Shown here: positions 63,496-64,000 of the stretch, piece after piece | Layout: every line of letters begins with the position of its first letter | Position numbering within the stretch: the stretch's first letter is position 1 | Source: an uncultured Candidatus Saccharibacteria bacterium | GTDB lineage: Bacteria > Patescibacteriota > Doudnabacteria > UBA920 | Direction: 5' to 3' | NCBI GenBank assembly: GCA_964490395.1 | Contig: CAZBAS010000001.1 | Span: forward strand, 147,815-211,814 | DNA length: 64,000 nucleotides | Notes under the pieces: model-generated | The model's database searches: none | Seen by the model: the letters and a program-made list of their open reading frames with translations, nothing else | What the model was told of the DNA's origin: nothing | Program-made: the position numbers and the translations under genes

Positions 63496-63507
63496 ATAAG
63501 TTAGTTT

Positions 63508-63574
63508 GTAAAGTTCATAAAGTAGAAAGTTTATAAAGTAATACTTTACGGACTTTATAAACTTTATGAACTTT
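63508..63574. repeat. family-B palindromic element, copy B2
   Basis: GTAAAGTTCATAAAGTAGAAAGTTTATAAAGTAAT|ACTTTACGGACTTTATAAACTTTATGAACTTT. Fills the rpsF-ssb intergenic region. Confidence 0.7.
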
Positions 63575-63578
63575 TTAC

Positions 63579-64000
63579 TTATTTTATAATATCTTCAGAA
63601 AGAGCGGCTTCAATTTGTTTGTCCAGGTCTTCGGAAGAAATAGCGACCGGTTCCTTCTTTGGCGCTGGTTCTATTTCTATTGCAGGTGCTTCTTCTACAG
63701 CAGCTACGGGTGCTTCCTCTACTGGAGCTGGAGCAACCGGGGTTGCCACTGGAGCAGGGGACTCAGCTTCGCTCCCATCTTCAGGACGCTTGGAAAGTTT
63801 GCTCTGGGCAACAGTATCTATTTCCGTACGACGAATGTGCTCGTCCAAGTTCACAAGTAGGTGGCGAATGATAGTACCGGTTTGGGTACGAATCTTTGCA
63901 TCTAGCTCGTTTACTTTGCGGCTATCCATAGTAAACTGCACCACAACGTAAAAACCGTTGCGGGTCTTCTTGATTGGGTATGCGAGTTTCTTTTTACCCA
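63579..64000 (-). CDS. rpsF: 30S ribosomal protein S6 (N-terminus may run beyond the window end)
   Basis: S6-like core with an acidic/Pro-rich C-terminal tail. No in-frame ATG is seen before the window end; the track used GTG. Confidence 0.7.
   Translation of the reverse strand, partial: GKKKLAYPIKKTRNGFYVVVQFTMDSRKVNELDAKIRTQTGTIIRHLLVNLDEHIRRTEIDTVAQSKLSKRPEDGSEAESPAPVATPVAPAPVEEAPVAAVEEAPAIEIEPAPKKEPVAISSEDLDKQIEAALSEDIIK

Noticed and set aside
15-64000. Alternative genetic code (UGA=Gly, code 25) as used by some CPR lineages
   Set aside because: TGA closes ORFs at family-appropriate lengths and forms ATGA stop/start overlaps (15046, 26433). No conserved domain is interrupted by in-frame TGA.

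Overview
This 64-kb window reads as a gene-dense, AT-rich, small-genome bacterium. The gene content resembles a CPR/Patescibacteria-like cell (inference): the standard genetic code is used, TGA terminates genes, and ATGA stop/start overlaps occur. The ORF track uses GTG/TTG as alternative starts, so several starts were re-assigned by eye. From left to right the window contains: (1) a complete dCTP-to-dTDP operon (dcd, dcd-like, dut, tmk, a tandem-duplicated ThyX) followed by a YgjP-like metallohydrolase and an AEC transporter; (2) tRNA-Glu(UUC); (3) a cell-surface locus with a lipoprotein, a 609-aa Cys-rich protein carrying an internal tandem duplication, and a GH73-like peptidoglycan-hydrolase-like membrane protein that has a paralog at 38.8 kb; (4) a TrmB-type regulator next to a SAM-methyltransferase/LOG pair, MsrB and a second methyltransferase; (5) an 11-kb lipid island with PAP2, a CDP-alcohol phosphatidyltransferase, CdsA, AcpS, a polyprenyl synthase, a BtaA/DUF3419-like protein, a PaaK-like adenylating enzyme and a tri-domain acyl-AMP ligase/ACP/PlsC acyltransferase fusion; (6) the oxidative pentose-phosphate genes (zwf, gnd, pgl) placed divergently from glgP and glgA; (7) an ECF sigma/anti-sigma pair with a secreted DUF5666-like protein; (8) TrhO, a TPM-domain protein, a GRDP-like protein with a Gly/Cys tail, a CaCA antiporter, a two-component system, a K+ channel, RlmI, DUF134, LUD, two TrxB paralogs, an MFS transporter, an RsmC-like methyltransferase and PurF; (9) a high-GC stretch encoding two secreted proteins; (10) efp, rpsR, ssb and rpsF. 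The most unusual non-coding signal is three families of 60-85-bp AT-rich palindromic elements built from 7-9-nt tandem units (CTAAT heptads, TAAAGT units, GTCAGT units). One of them brackets rpsR exactly, and one expands into a (TAATTCC)8 array that abuts a start codon. There are also two perfect 40-42-bp palindromes and a family of near-identical terminator hairpins used three times. No CRISPR array, transposase, integrase or rRNA was found.
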